The translations under genes were made by a program, and so were the position numbers. This document shows positions 20,553 to 31,804 of a stretch of 64,000 bases of DNA, one piece after another. The notes under the pieces are model-generated. The model was not told the origin of the DNA, did no database searches, and saw only the letters and a list, made by a program, of their open reading frames with translations. Each line of letters begins with the position of its first letter. Positions within the stretch are counted from its first letter, which is position 1. Source of the stretch: Lachnospiraceae bacterium (GTDB taxonomy: Bacteria; Bacillota; Clostridia; Lachnospirales; Lachnospiraceae); assembly GCA_016284315.1 (NCBI GenBank), contig JAEEOO010000011.1, forward strand, positions 34,106 to 98,105, given 5' to 3'.

Positions 20553-22394
20553 TTATGCTCTCTTTGCTTTAAGTTCTTTAGAAATTTCTTCAATCTTCTC
20601 ATCGGTAAGAATATATCTTGCCTTAAAGATAATGAATGCAATAACAAGTACGAATACAGGAAGTACAGTCATTACAAAACGAAGACCAATAACTGAATTG
20701 TTTGATACAACGGTAGCTCCGTTTGCTACGATATCTGAGATCTTACCCTTAAGACCTGCTGCGATGCTTCCGTCAAGAGCCTTGTAAGTGCTGTCTGAAC
20801 TACTGATATTGAAGATTGAAAGGCAGATTGAAGCAACAAGTGCTGCAATACCTGATGCAAGCTTAACAACGAAAGTCTGCATTGAGAAGATGACTGACTC
20901 GTCTCTTCTGTTGTTCTTAAGCTCACCGTAGTCTACAGTATTTGCAAGAAATACGGTAACGATAACGTTGAGCATTCCCACTGCAGACATGATGAAGAAT
21001 CCGGGAACAAGGAAAGGATAAACGGTGCTTGTTCCTGTAAGCGCCATAACAAGAAGAACTACATATCCGCCGATTGCTGAGAAAATGCAGATATAGAAGA
21101 TCTTCATAGTGTTAAAGAACTTACGAAGAAGAGGGAAGAATGCCATCATAGCAAGAATCTGGCAAGCTCCTGCAAATGTATTGAATGTGGTGTAATCTCC
21201 CTGCCAATTTGATCCGCCGAGATCATACTTAAAGAAGTAGATAAGGAGGTTAGAAGTAATATAAGTAGCAGAGTTTACAAGTACGATGGTAATAACCATT
21301 GCCATTGCCTGATCGTTCTGAAGAAGTGCCTTGAACATATCACCGACTTTAGCGGTCTGAACATCAACGGTTGACTTCTCCTTGATGAAGAGACAGGTGA
21401 TAAGGATAAATACAAAGAAGAGAACAGCTACGATAAGTGAAAACCACTTGAAACCTTCTCTCTCAACCTGCTTCTTAGAAGAAAGGTCTGCTGAGATTGA
21501 ATCGCTCTCGTTTATTGAAGCGAACTGCTCTTCATTAACATATACTGCAACAACAGCCTCTGAAGACTCTCCGTCTGATGCCACATCAAGTCCGTTTAAA
21601 CTTACAACGTCGTCACCCTGATTCGCGAAGCTGAGTGAACCAACGGTTACGGTATAATTTACGTTGCTTCCGTTATTGTTTGCGCTGTATGAAAAAGCAT
21701 TTTCAAACTCTGACTTGTCTGCGGTAATATTAAGCGCTACATCTCCGGTAAGAGTCTTTACATTACCGGTAGCTGCACCTGTCTCATCCATCTCAACAAC
21801 ATAAGCGGTAGCTTCGGTAAGATTAAGAGTACGATTGTCTGCGCTCTTACCAACTGCAAGATTACCAAGAGCAGAAACGGTAAGTACAGTGACAACGGTT
21901 ACGATCGCGGAACCGACACCTGCACAGGTACGTCCGAGAGCTGACATGTTCTCACGCTCTTTACCACCATCTGTAAATGCGGGAACCATTGACCAGTAAG
22001 GGATGTCCATCATGGTGTAGGTTACGCCCCAAAGGATGTAAAAGATTGCTGCATAAGCAACAAGTCCGCTGCCTGTAAGAGTAGGAGGTGCTGCAAACAT
22101 AAGGAAGAGTACTACAGCATTGGTAAGTGTACCGATAAAGAGCCAGGGTCTGAATTTTCCCCACTTGGTCTTTGTCTTAGCTACGAGCACGCCCATAAGG
22201 GGATCGTTAAATGCATCAAATACTCTGGCGATCAAAAGGATGATTCCCATGATCCACGCTGCAACGCCCATGATATCCTGATAATAGTAAAGGATGTAGC
22301 TTGCGGAGAGCATGTAAACCATGTCTTTTCCGACAGCTCCGATACCATAAGCAAATTTTTCTTTTCCGGATAATTTTCTCTTACCCTGTTCCAT
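20553..22394 (-). CDS. MelB-like glycoside-pentoside-hexuronide:cation symporter with large loop insertions
   Basis: YGIGAVGKD, ARVFDAFNDPLMG, TKWGKFRPW, YTMMDIPYWS, DYGE..RDES..FSMQTFVVK; 613 aa versus about 470 for typical family members. Confidence 0.88.
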   Translation of the reverse strand: MEQGKRKLSGKEKFAYGIGAVGKDMVYMLSASYILYYYQDIMGVAAWIMGIILLIARVFDAFNDPLMGVLVAKTKTKWGKFRPWLFIGTLTNAVVLFLMFAAPPTLTGSGLVAYAAIFYILWGVTYTMMDIPYWSMVPAFTDGGKERENMSALGRTCAGVGSAIVTVVTVLTVSALGNLAVGKSADNRTLNLTEATAYVVEMDETGAATGNVKTLTGDVALNITADKSEFENAFSYSANNNGSNVNYTVTVGSLSFANQGDDVVSLNGLDVASDGESSEAVVAVYVNEEQFASINESDSISADLSSKKQVEREGFKWFSLIVAVLFFVFILITCLFIKEKSTVDVQTAKVGDMFKALLQNDQAMAMVITIVLVNSATYITSNLLIYFFKYDLGGSNWQGDYTTFNTFAGACQILAMMAFFPLLRKFFNTMKIFYICIFSAIGGYVVLLVMALTGTSTVYPFLVPGFFIMSAVGMLNVIVTVFLANTVDYGELKNNRRDESVIFSMQTFVVKLASGIAALVASICLSIFNISSSDSTYKALDGSIAAGLKGKISDIVANGATVVSNNSVIGLRFVMTVLPVFVLVIAFIIFKARYILTDEKIEEISKELKAKRA

Positions 22395-22395
22395 T

Positions 22396-23901
22396 TTATA
22401 CCTCCTTGGACTTAAGTCCCATTGCGAGCTCTACTACTTTATATGCCCCGTCATAGAGTCCGACTTTTTTATTCTCAACTATTGCATCACACATATCCTT
22501 AAGAAGTGAAGGGCTTGTCATGAACTCTTCAACCATCTGGATAGTGTGGGGAATATCTCTGCACTCAAGGGTTCCGTCTCCCATTTCTGCGGAGTGGATA
22601 GCTCCCCACATCTCGTGTTTTCCGACACGTCTGATAAAGAGCTTGGGTACAGGATAAAATGCAAGTTCGCTGGGCTTTGTTACAAGAACATCACAGCTTC
22701 TCATCAAAAGGTTTGTAGCGTAAACCGCTTCAAAGATGTTCTTATGCCAGAAACCGTGAATACCGGTTACTTCAAATTCTTCGGTAAGAGCATCTTCTGC
22801 AAACTTTTCGGTGTCTCCCCAATTGTCCATGTGTTCTGTTGCGCATTCTCTCATGCCGGGGATCTCATTAAGAAGATCGTCCCAAACGTTACGGTAATCA
22901 CCAACGTTTACATAGAGAGCTACCTTCTTCTCCTTAATGAAAGGAAGAAGATATTTAATGATCGCTGCAAAGATCTCCTTCTGAGCTCCTGCACCACCGA
23001 TGGTTAACAGGAATCTCATGGGCTTACCGTTCTGCTGACGCTTGATCCTTGCCTCACAATCCCTTTCGATATTTACTACAAGTTCATGGTCGATATAGTG
23101 GCCTGTATAAACAAGGCTTCCTTCGGGCATGGGCTTGCAGACCTTTTTCTTCATCATGCCGTTTAAGATCTTGTAACCTTGATATGCGTTACGGCACTGA
23201 ATAGTGTGAACTGCGCCCTCTGCAAAGTGAAGAGCCATGGGCCAGTTGTCGGGAATTGCATTGACAACATACTTCATTCCTGCATGAAGAGCAGCCTGCG
23301 CGGGCCATACGTGAGTTCCTACAACAGGGATATCCTTGGGAACATTTGCATAAACAGGAGCCATGAGTTCTGCGTTCTTCTGATCTGCCGCGTTATATGA
23401 AAGAGCTCTGAAGCCTTCATAGTTTACAGGCTCCCATACGAACTTGTTGAAGATAGGGTTCTTTGAAAGTCTTGAACCCAGAGAGTACAATTCGTTCTGT
23501 GCTCCGATAACCTTTGTACAGGTTGTTTCTTTATATGAATTAAGGTCCATCCAGTAAGGAGTATATCCAAGGTGCTTTGCAGCTGATGCGATAGCCATAG
23601 AAATACGATAATGGCCGAATCCCATACGGATATTTCCGACGATGATGCCCTTCTCGGTATCCCACTCAAGAGCAGGAAGGTTGTCCTCCTCTACATAATG
23701 TGCGTTCTGCTTAAGGTCACCCACAAGCACATTGTTGACTCCGAGGCTGTCACCGATATATTTATTCTTCTCGATCTTTACGGGGTAGCTGACATTGCTG
23801 TCATCTCCGTATTTTTTAGCAAATTTCTTTTTAGAGCGAACCGCCTTGTTGTAAACACCTGATGTCATTTCGTTTCCGAATATGGTTTTTGATCTGTCCA
23901 C
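22396..23901 (-). CDS. Putative GT-B fold protein resembling MGDG synthase/UgtP (GT28-like)
   Basis: MGFGHY..A, GTHVW, TGHYI, TIGGAG, LMRSCDVLVTKPSEL motifs collinear with GT28 enzymes; GTG start with RBS. Confidence 0.55.
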   Translation of the reverse strand: MDRSKTIFGNEMTSGVYNKAVRSKKKFAKKYGDDSNVSYPVKIEKNKYIGDSLGVNNVLVGDLKQNAHYVEEDNLPALEWDTEKGIIVGNIRMGFGHYRISMAIASAAKHLGYTPYWMDLNSYKETTCTKVIGAQNELYSLGSRLSKNPIFNKFVWEPVNYEGFRALSYNAADQKNAELMAPVYANVPKDIPVVGTHVWPAQAALHAGMKYVVNAIPDNWPMALHFAEGAVHTIQCRNAYQGYKILNGMMKKKVCKPMPEGSLVYTGHYIDHELVVNIERDCEARIKRQQNGKPMRFLLTIGGAGAQKEIFAAIIKYLLPFIKEKKVALYVNVGDYRNVWDDLLNEIPGMRECATEHMDNWGDTEKFAEDALTEEFEVTGIHGFWHKNIFEAVYATNLLMRSCDVLVTKPSELAFYPVPKLFIRRVGKHEMWGAIHSAEMGDGTLECRDIPHTIQMVEEFMTSPSLLKDMCDAIVENKKVGLYDGAYKVVELAMGLKSKEV

Positions 23902-23915
23902 AGGCTTCTCCTTTC

Positions 23916-24488
23916 TTACCTCGCAGCGATACCGTCTACGATGATTTCTACTACATTTTCAAGAGCTTCATTGTATGAGATCTTGTTCTGAACAAGAACG
24001 TCTCTTGCGAAGAACTGCTCCAAAGATGCCTCGAGCATTGTCTTTACAAGGAATACGGGAATGTCTCTTACAACACCTTCCTTGATTCCCTGCTCGATAA
24101 GAACGATTATCTCGTCCCAACCGGTCTCAAGTCTTTCTTCAACTTTCTTGTAAATCTCGGGATACTTCTCTCTCAAAGAGTAAAGCTGTCTGAAATCGAT
24201 CTCGCTGTAGCTCTCGGGCATAACCCCAAGGATACGCTTGATCTTTTCTATAGTATCAAGGGACTTGTCCTCAAGGACTTCCTTCTTCTTTCCTGCGATA
24301 TTGTCGAAGAGATAATCAACCATATCAAAGAAGAGGCCCTTCTTCTCTTTGTAAGACACGTAAATGGTCTTCTTACTCATACCAAGTTCATGTGCCAGGT
24401 CATCCATGGTGAACTTAAGACCCTTTTTGTTAAAGACTCTGATAGTGCCTTCCAGAATGTGCTCCTGCTGCTTACTTCTTACTGCCAT
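23916..24488 (-). CDS. TetR/AcrR family transcriptional regulator
   Basis: FTMDDLAHELGMSKKTIYVSY HTH. Confidence 0.9.
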   Translation of the reverse strand: MAVRSKQQEHILEGTIRVFNKKGLKFTMDDLAHELGMSKKTIYVSYKEKKGLFFDMVDYLFDNIAGKKKEVLEDKSLDTIEKIKRILGVMPESYSEIDFRQLYSLREKYPEIYKKVEERLETGWDEIIVLIEQGIKEGVVRDIPVFLVKTMLEASLEQFFARDVLVQNKISYNEALENVVEIIVDGIAAR

Positions 24489-24777
24489 TTCATCTGCCTT
24501 TCTATATATTAAAAAAAACATAGGAAACCAATTTGTCTTATTACAGTTTCCATTATATATTGTCCATAGTTTCCCTTCAAGAAACCAATTTCACAAAATC
24601 CGTTTCCTTTTTTGTATATTTTCACCAATATAGCAGTGTAATTACAGTACTGCCTTAAAGCGCAATAGTTTTGATTTACGGATTGTTTTGTGATACGATG
24701 ATTTGGAGAATTGTTTTGATTTCCCTTATAAGGGGTTTCCGTTAATTACGGATCAGAGATTATTTCGGGGAGGGACT

Positions 24778-25500
24778 ATGAAAGCCAATAAGTTTCTGAC
24801 CTTTATGGTTATTTTCTTACTTCTTATAATTCTTACAGGCGGCGGACTTCTAGCCTACAAATACTTTTTCTTTAAAGACAGAAGTTACTTAGGGACATGG
24901 AGCCGTGAGATCGATCTTCGCGGATATGTCATGGAAGAAATGAACGAATGGTTTAACGACCCCACAACTTCTGCAAATGTTGTTTACGACAATACAAAGG
25001 TCGTTGTAAAGGTTGACCTTACTTTTACAAAAGACGGTAAATTTGTAGAGAAGATAGATGAAGCAAGTTTTGCCGAGGCAAAGACTGCTGCCAATGAGCT
25101 GGCGCTATCAGGTCTTATCAGTTTTCTTGAAATAAGAATGGAAAACGCCGGAATCGAAAAGGGCAGCGTTGAGAAATCAGTGGATGAACTTATAGAAGAA
25201 GCTCTTGAGATGAGTGCTTCCGAATATCTTGAAAAGAAGGGCCCCGAACTTCTTCCCACAGTGGATTCCTTAAAAGAAATGTACAATTTGAGCGGAACCT
25301 ACGAAGCAAAGGATTCTTCAATGCAGCGATCCTCCGGCGGAAAGAGCATCTGCGAAACTTACTTTACCAAGGATGAGTTCCTTGTTTTCTCCGGCCTCTC
25401 CGATGCTTCCTTTGGAAAAGGACTTGCCGCTCCCATGGGTGATGAAAGCACCGATTTAAAGATGCTCTATGATTACCCTGCCGTTTATACTAAAAAATAA
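24778..25500 (+). CDS. Hypothetical membrane-anchored protein
   Basis: N-terminal TM helix, GGAGG RBS before ATG 24778; adjacent to DD-carboxypeptidase gene. Confidence 0.7.
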   Translation: MKANKFLTFMVIFLLLIILTGGGLLAYKYFFFKDRSYLGTWSREIDLRGYVMEEMNEWFNDPTTSANVVYDNTKVVVKVDLTFTKDGKFVEKIDEASFAEAKTAANELALSGLISFLEIRMENAGIEKGSVEKSVDELIEEALEMSASEYLEKKGPELLPTVDSLKEMYNLSGTYEAKDSSMQRSSGGKSICETYFTKDEFLVFSGLSDASFGKGLAAPMGDESTDLKMLYDYPAVYTKK

Positions 25501-25515
25501 TTCCGAGGTCTTGAA

Positions 25516-27069
25516 ATGCTCCGTATAAAAAGATACTGCTCTCTTATATTATGTGTTCTTCTTTTATTCGGCTCCGTCCTTCCTGCATTTGCAGATGATT
25601 ACGATTACGAATACCAGCGCAATTTGACCGTCAACGTGGACGGTTCAAATTTTAATGTCAAATACATCGACATGTACTACGACAACAACGCCTACGTTTC
25701 CTTAAGAGATATGGCTACTGCCCTTGCGGGAACAGGTGCAAAGTTTGATGTGCTCATTGAAAAAGACGGAATTAGATTTACTACCGGTGCAGACTATAAT
25801 CCCGTTGGCGGTGAAGGAACGAAATTCTCTGTGCTCACAAGAGATCCTTCCTCCGAAGAATATGTCAGAAAGAGAAACTACTTTAATCTAAACGGCAGTA
25901 CAAAGCATTACTACACCTTTATCTACAAAGATGAAGAACTTGATGTTTATGACTGCTTCATGTATCTCTCCGATCTTGCCCTTATCCTTAACGTGAACAT
26001 GTACTACAGCGGAAAGGTTCTTTGCATTGATACTTCATCACCGTTGAATATAGATCCCCGCGCCATGGAGGACACAGGATATTTCCTTGCCACCAATTCG
26101 GTTCTGGTGGGCGATGCAACCAATGGTGAGATTTATTATTCCTACCGCGGCGATGCTTCCGTTCCCATGGCCAGCACCACAAAACTCATGAGTTACATTG
26201 TAGCCATGGATGCAGTATCAAGCGGAGAGATCACACTTGAGGATACAGTGACCACTTCAGAGAATGTTCAAAAGCTTTCCCATTCCATCGACAAATCCTT
26301 CTACATTAAAGAAGGAACCCAGGTAAAGGTTTGGGAGCTCATCTATGCGATGCTCCTTCCTTCCAACAATGAATGTACTCTTGCTTTGGCAGAATACGTT
26401 GCCGGTTCTGAGGAAGCCTTCGTAAAAAGAATGAATAATAAGGCTGCTGCCATCGGATTATCTGACGGAACAAAATTCTTTACCTGTAACGGCCTTCCCG
26501 TATATACGGAAGAAGTATTTGAAGGAAAAGTACAGAATCAGATCACAGCCAATGACATGTTTAAACTGGTCTGCTATCTTCTCTCCGTTTACCCCCAGGT
26601 AACTGAGATTACTTCCACCACAGGTAAGACACTTCCTTCCTTTAACAGGAATGTTTATAACACAAATCCCATGCTCTACAATATTCCCGGATGCGTCGGA
26701 TTAAAAACCGGAACCACCAACAAAGCGGGCTGCTGTCTTGTCAGTGCAGTAGAGGTTAACGGAGGTAACGGAATTCACACCATCGTATGTATTGAACTTG
26801 GTGCCGAGGATATCATAACAAGAAACAATGTTTCCCAGACCATGCTGACCTACGGGAAATCCGTATACAAAAACGGCGGCGCCTCCTCCATACCGGAATA
26901 TATTCCGTCTGAAGAAAACACCGCTAATGATCTTTATATTCCCGTTACGGGAGAAACTCCCGAGAACGCGGACGAGCTGGCAAGACTTGTGGTATGGACC
27001 GCAAGGAATTACCTTCCCATCCCCGAACCGGAGCTCATAGATTTTTCCGAAGAAGAAATAAATGAGTAA
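25516..27069 (+). CDS. D-alanyl-D-alanine carboxypeptidase (peptidase S11) with extra N-terminal domain
   Basis: Signal peptide; SxxK (ASTTK), SxN (PSNN), KTG (LKTGTT). Confidence 0.88.
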   Translation: MLRIKRYCSLILCVLLLFGSVLPAFADDYDYEYQRNLTVNVDGSNFNVKYIDMYYDNNAYVSLRDMATALAGTGAKFDVLIEKDGIRFTTGADYNPVGGEGTKFSVLTRDPSSEEYVRKRNYFNLNGSTKHYYTFIYKDEELDVYDCFMYLSDLALILNVNMYYSGKVLCIDTSSPLNIDPRAMEDTGYFLATNSVLVGDATNGEIYYSYRGDASVPMASTTKLMSYIVAMDAVSSGEITLEDTVTTSENVQKLSHSIDKSFYIKEGTQVKVWELIYAMLLPSNNECTLALAEYVAGSEEAFVKRMNNKAAAIGLSDGTKFFTCNGLPVYTEEVFEGKVQNQITANDMFKLVCYLLSVYPQVTEITSTTGKTLPSFNRNVYNTNPMLYNIPGCVGLKTGTTNKAGCCLVSAVEVNGGNGIHTIVCIELGAEDIITRNNVSQTMLTYGKSVYKNGGASSIPEYIPSEENTANDLYIPVTGETPENADELARLVVWTARNYLPIPEPELIDFSEEEINE

Positions 27070-27085
27070 CCTTCGGTTAAATAAA

Positions 27086-30000
27086 TCATTCCATAAGCAT
27101 AATTGACATTTCTTTCAAAAGGCCCTCTGTGAGATCAAGCAGCTGGGCCTCTTCTTTTTCTACAAGAGTCTCCCTCTCATAGCTGTACTGGAATGCCGGC
27201 TTTCCGTAATGATTAAACTTAAGATTCTTACCAACCTTAAGCATTACGTCCGGCACCTTTGCCGCATTAAGCTTTGCATCCGGTTTAAAGATAAAGCTGA
27301 TGATACCGTCTGCGTTTCTTACTTCGGTAATATACAGCTTGTGAGCGTCTGCCCGCATAAGTGAAATGCGAAGAAGATTCTCTGCCGGAGCGGGGACGCT
27401 ACCAAATCTGTCGATAAGTTCATCCCTAATTTCATTAAGCTCTTTTTCCGTTTCTATTCCCGCAATACGCTTGTACATATCAAGCTTCTGTTCTTCATTG
27501 AAAATGTACTCCCGGGGAATATACGCATTAACATTGATGCCAATAACAGTGTTGAAGGATTCATCAACGGTGATTCCCTTCATCTTTGATACAGCTTCAT
27601 TCAGCATCTTGCAATAAAGCTCATAACCAACGGCTTCCATGTGACCGTGCTGAGTCTTGCCGAGAATGTTACCGGCACCTCTGATCTCAAGGTCCCTCAT
27701 AGCGATCTTGAATCCGCTTCCAAGGTCCGTAAATTCTCTTATTGCTTCCAGTCTCTTCTCTGCCACTTCCGTAAGGATCTTGTCCTTGGTATACATTAAG
27801 AAAGCATAGGCCACTCTGTTTGAACGTCCCACTCTTCCTCTTAACTGATAAAGCTGAGAAAGTCCAAACCTGTCGGAATCCTGGATGATAAGGGTGTTAA
27901 CATTTGATATATCCATTCCGGTTTCAATGATAGTTGTAGAAACAAGAACATCGATATCGCCGTTAACGAAATCATACATGATATCTTCAAGCTCACGTTC
28001 GTTCATCTGACCGTGAGCATAAGCTACATTTGCATCCGGGATCATCTCCTGAATTTTTGCCGCAGCCTCCGCAATCTGCTTAACCCTGTTAAATACATAA
28101 TAAACCTGACCACCACGGGAAAGTTCCCTTGTGATGGCTTCTCTTACAAGCTCATCGTTATGCTCGCAGACGAAGGTCTGGATGGGTAATCTGTCGTTAG
28201 GAGCCTCGGTCAAAAGGCTCATATCCCTTATTCCCACAAGGCTCATGTGAAGAGTACGAGGGATGGGGGTCGCAGACAAAGTCAGAACGTCTACATTCTC
28301 CCTGAGCTGCTTGATCTTCTCTTTATGTGTAACTCCAAATCTCTGTTCCTCATCGATGATAAGAAGCCCGAGATCCTTATAAACAACATCTTTGGAAAGA
28401 AGCCTGTGGGTTCCGATAACAATATCTACCTGACCTTTTCTTAGGTCCTCAACCACCTTCTTTATTTCAGACGCGGTCCTAAATCTGCTGAGGAGTTCCA
28501 CCCTTACCGGGAAGTCCTTCATTCTCTGAACAAAGGTATTGTAATGCTGCTGTGCAAGAATGGTTGTGGGAACAAGATATGCAACCTGTTTGTTTTCCTG
28601 TACCGCTTTAAAGGCAGCACGGATAGCGATCTCCGTCTTTCCGAAACCTACGTCACCGCAGATAAGTCTGTCCATGATACGGCGGCTTTCCATATCAGCC
28701 TTGGTATCCGCAATGGCAGCCTTCTGATCATCCGTCTCCTCGTAAGGGAACATCTCTTCAAATTCCTGCTGCCATACGGTGTCCTTTCCGTACATAAAAC
28801 CTTCGGTCTGCTGGCGCTTTGCATACAGTTCAACAAGCTCCTGAGCAATGCCTTCAACTGCCTGCTTAACTTTTCCTTTGGTGCGCTCCCACTCCTTGGT
28901 TCCAAGCTTATTGATCTTGGGAACTTTCTCCGCATCGGCGGAAGCATATTTTTGGATCTCGTCAAGCTCTGTTGCAAGAACATAAAGCACTCCTCCGTCC
29001 TTGTATTCAAGGCGAATATAATCTCTTACAACATGGTCTGACTCAACCTTTTCAATTCCTTTATAAATGCCCAGTCCGTAGATCTCGTGAACTACATAAT
29101 CTCCGGGCCTTAAATCCTCAAGAGAACTGATCTTTGTTCCCTGAAGACTAACTTTTCTTTTGCGCTTCTTCTTTCTCTCAGCACCGAAGATATCAGTCTC
29201 TGCAAGGACTACAAACTTAATAAGCGGGTATTCAAATCCCTTTGAGATCCTTCCATAAGAGACAAGAACTTCACCAACGGTTATTTCTCTTTCAGGCTCC
29301 TCGGAATATACCGCAGGAATATCCATATTCCTTAATTCTTCCGCAAGACGTTTTGCTCTTGTTCGCGAAGGAGAAAGCAAAAGAACAGAATACTTTTTCT
29401 TTCTGTATCCCTCAAGGTCCCTTGAAAGAGCCTCAAAGCTTCCATTATAGGAAGCGATATTTCTTGCTCCGATATCGTACTTATAATCAGCCTCAAAATA
29501 TCCCAATGATGGGCTTAAGGTGGATATTGCAATAGCATTGCATTTCGCGATAGAAGTTGCAATTTCCTCTCCGCTGTACAGGAGATTTAGCTGACCGGGA
29601 AGACAATATCCCATTTCCAGTCTGTGTTTATAACTCTCGGTAAACTCAAAGAAGACCGCCTCCGCATGCTCTTTTAATCTCCCCGGCTCCTCAAGGAAAA
29701 TAAAGGCGCCCTTACCTGTCATATCAGAGATCCAATCCGTCAGAGACAAAAGCTCAGCGTTTTCGTTGTCTTCGTAGAAATACCTGATATAGCTTTCGAG
29801 ATTAACCTTCATGCCAAGCTCAAGGACTTCCTCTTTAAGCTGGCCCATAATTTTTGAAAGTCTGTGAGCTTCCTCGGTCTTGAAAGCATCCCTTAATTTC
29901 TTTTCCTGCTTTTCTCCTTCGGCCAGAATCCTCTCTATTCCTTCTCTAAGTTCATCCTCTGAAAGGATAAACTCTGTGGCGGGATAGATACTTACCTCAT

Positions 30001-30649
30001 CCAGTTTTTCCATGGAACGCTGGGTAAGGACATCAAAGGATCTTATGGATTCGATGGTATCTCCCCAAAGTTCAATTCGATAAGGGTTCTCCTCGGTAAG
30101 GTCAAAGATATCTACAATATCTCCGCGAACTGAAAACTGGCCCGGGCTTTCTACCTGTGGCATCTTTTCGTATCCGAGATTAACTAGAGTTCTTGCGAGT
30201 TTCTTTACATTGATCTCGTCTCCGGGGAGTAGTTCAATGACTGAGTCCTCTTTTGAACGAACCGCAACGGGATTCATTAAAGCTGCATATGTGGTGACAA
30301 TGGTTACAGGTCCACCCTCATAAAGGCGCCTTAAAGTACTTACTCTTTCTTTTGTAAGTTCATTACCGTGAATATCTGCCTGGAAAAAGATAAGATCCTT
30401 CGCCGGGAAATAGCAGGTGGAAGGATCGTAAAACAAATATTCTTCATAGAGTTCTCTCGCCTTAATATCGTCATAGGTCACAATTAGAGTAATCTTTGCA
30501 TCCGAAGAAAGGGCTCGCATGAGATGCAGCTTCTGCGCATCAACACAGCCCGTAAGAGAAATGATACCTTTATTCTTTTTTCTCTTGATCACATCCCTGA
30601 TGCTCTGAAAATCCGACAGATCTTCCAGGGGAGAAAATAATGCTTTCAT
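27086..30649 (-). CDS. mfd: Transcription-repair coupling factor
   Basis: GDYVVH RID domain, [33 protein letters not shown]. Confidence 0.97.
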   Translation of the reverse strand: MKALFSPLEDLSDFQSIRDVIKRKKNKGIISLTGCVDAQKLHLMRALSSDAKITLIVTYDDIKARELYEEYLFYDPSTCYFPAKDLIFFQADIHGNELTKERVSTLRRLYEGGPVTIVTTYAALMNPVAVRSKEDSVIELLPGDEINVKKLARTLVNLGYEKMPQVESPGQFSVRGDIVDIFDLTEENPYRIELWGDTIESIRSFDVLTQRSMEKLDEVSIYPATEFILSEDELREGIERILAEGEKQEKKLRDAFKTEEAHRLSKIMGQLKEEVLELGMKVNLESYIRYFYEDNENAELLSLTDWISDMTGKGAFIFLEEPGRLKEHAEAVFFEFTESYKHRLEMGYCLPGQLNLLYSGEEIATSIAKCNAIAISTLSPSLGYFEADYKYDIGARNIASYNGSFEALSRDLEGYRKKKYSVLLLSPSRTRAKRLAEELRNMDIPAVYSEEPEREITVGEVLVSYGRISKGFEYPLIKFVVLAETDIFGAERKKKRKRKVSLQGTKISSLEDLRPGDYVVHEIYGLGIYKGIEKVESDHVVRDYIRLEYKDGGVLYVLATELDEIQKYASADAEKVPKINKLGTKEWERTKGKVKQAVEGIAQELVELYAKRQQTEGFMYGKDTVWQQEFEEMFPYEETDDQKAAIADTKADMESRRIMDRLICGDVGFGKTEIAIRAAFKAVQENKQVAYLVPTTILAQQHYNTFVQRMKDFPVRVELLSRFRTASEIKKVVEDLRKGQVDIVIGTHRLLSKDVVYKDLGLLIIDEEQRFGVTHKEKIKQLRENVDVLTLSATPIPRTLHMSLVGIRDMSLLTEAPNDRLPIQTFVCEHNDELVREAITRELSRGGQVYYVFNRVKQIAEAAAKIQEMIPDANVAYAHGQMNERELEDIMYDFVNGDIDVLVSTTIIETGMDISNVNTLIIQDSDRFGLSQLYQLRGRVGRSNRVAYAFLMYTKDKILTEVAEKRLEAIREFTDLGSGFKIAMRDLEIRGAGNILGKTQHGHMEAVGYELYCKMLNEAVSKMKGITVDESFNTVIGINVNAYIPREYIFNEEQKLDMYKRIAGIETEKELNEIRDELIDRFGSVPAPAENLLRISLMRADAHKLYITEVRNADGIISFIFKPDAKLNAAKVPDVMLKVGKNLKFNHYGKPAFQYSYERETLVEKEEAQLLDLTEGLLKEMSIMLME

Positions 30650-30682
30650 TGATTTTTGTTCTTAAAACTATATCTACAGAAG

Positions 30683-31255
30683 TTACTTTTTCTTTGTGTT
30701 AAACTTGTTCATGGCTGTTTCGGTGCCGCTTTCCATGATAGTCTCAATGGCGCTTACAGCGGTATCCAAAGTTTCATCAAAGCTTTCCATATCTTTTTTA
30801 TCTATGCTTCCAAGTACATGTGAAACAAGGTCGCCGCCCACTCTTTTTGCTCCGACGCCCATGCGGACTCTGATGAAGTTCTCGCTTCCAAGCATCTTGA
30901 TGATGTTCTTTAAACCGTTGTGTCCGCCGGCACTTCCCTTAGGGCGAATGCGAAGCTGGCCAACATCAAGATCTATATCATCGGAGATAACGATAAGCTC
31001 ATTTGAAGGATCGACTTTATAATAAGCAACAACTTCCTGAATGCTCTCTCCGCTTAAATTCATATATGTCTGGGGCTTTACTAAAACCACCTTTTCTCCG
31101 GCAAAGGTTCCTTTACCGATAAGAGCCTTGTGCTTCTTTTCGGACACCTTTATTCCGGCCTTGTCAGCGATCTTGTCGATGACCATAAAGCCAGCATTAT
31201 GTCTTGTGTTTTCATATTCTTTACCGGGGTTACCCAGTCCTGCGATTATATACAT
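30683..31255 (-). CDS. pth: Peptidyl-tRNA hydrolase
   Basis: GLGNPG..Y..TRHNAGF, KPQTYMNLSG, GGHNGLK. Confidence 0.97.
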   Translation of the reverse strand: MYIIAGLGNPGKEYENTRHNAGFMVIDKIADKAGIKVSEKKHKALIGKGTFAGEKVVLVKPQTYMNLSGESIQEVVAYYKVDPSNELIVISDDIDLDVGQLRIRPKGSAGGHNGLKNIIKMLGSENFIRVRMGVGAKRVGGDLVSHVLGSIDKKDMESFDETLDTAVSAIETIMESGTETAMNKFNTKKK

Positions 31256-31309
31256 GATAAACCTCTATCTATACGTTTCTCGTAGAATAGATTTTACAAT
31301 AAAAAACTA

Positions 31310-31352
31310 AAAATGGCAAAGAATTCCGCCCTCACAGACTCTTTGCCATTTT
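31310..31352 (-). terminator. Terminator downstream of spoVG
   Basis: AAAATGGCAAAGA/TCTTTGCCATTTT inverted repeat. Confidence 0.65.
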
Positions 31353-31431
31353 CTGATCTGCATATTCAATTGTACGTTCCCACGTTCCCGTGTGGGGTAA
31401 TTTACGACTCTTTCAGTTTCGAACCGGTGCC

Positions 31432-31692
31432 TTATTCATCCTCAGCATTGTTATATGCTTCGAGGATTATCTTCTGTATTTTTTCTCTCGTTGCTGAATT
31501 GATCGGATGTGCAATATCACGGTACTCACCGTCTGCTGACTTCTTGCTAGGCATAGCGATGAATAATCCTCTTTCGCCCTCAATCACCTTGATGTCGTGA
31601 ATAACAAACTCATCTTCAAGAGTAATTGAAACGATAGCTTTCATCTTACCCTCTTTTGTGGTTTTGCGAACTCTAACATCCGTAATTTCCAT
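31432..31692 (-). CDS. spoVG: SpoVG nucleic-acid-binding regulator
   Basis: [37 protein letters not shown]. Confidence 0.95.
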   Translation of the reverse strand: MEITDVRVRKTTKEGKMKAIVSITLEDEFVIHDIKVIEGERGLFIAMPSKKSADGEYRDIAHPINSATREKIQKIILEAYNNAEDE

Positions 31693-31804
31693 TTCGCGCT
31701 ACTCTCCTATATATTATTTATTAGGGCAAAGAAAGCTCTGCCCCTAACACTGGCAAACCGACCGCGTCTAAAATAGGCTCGGTCGGTCAGTGATGTTAGT
31801 AAAA

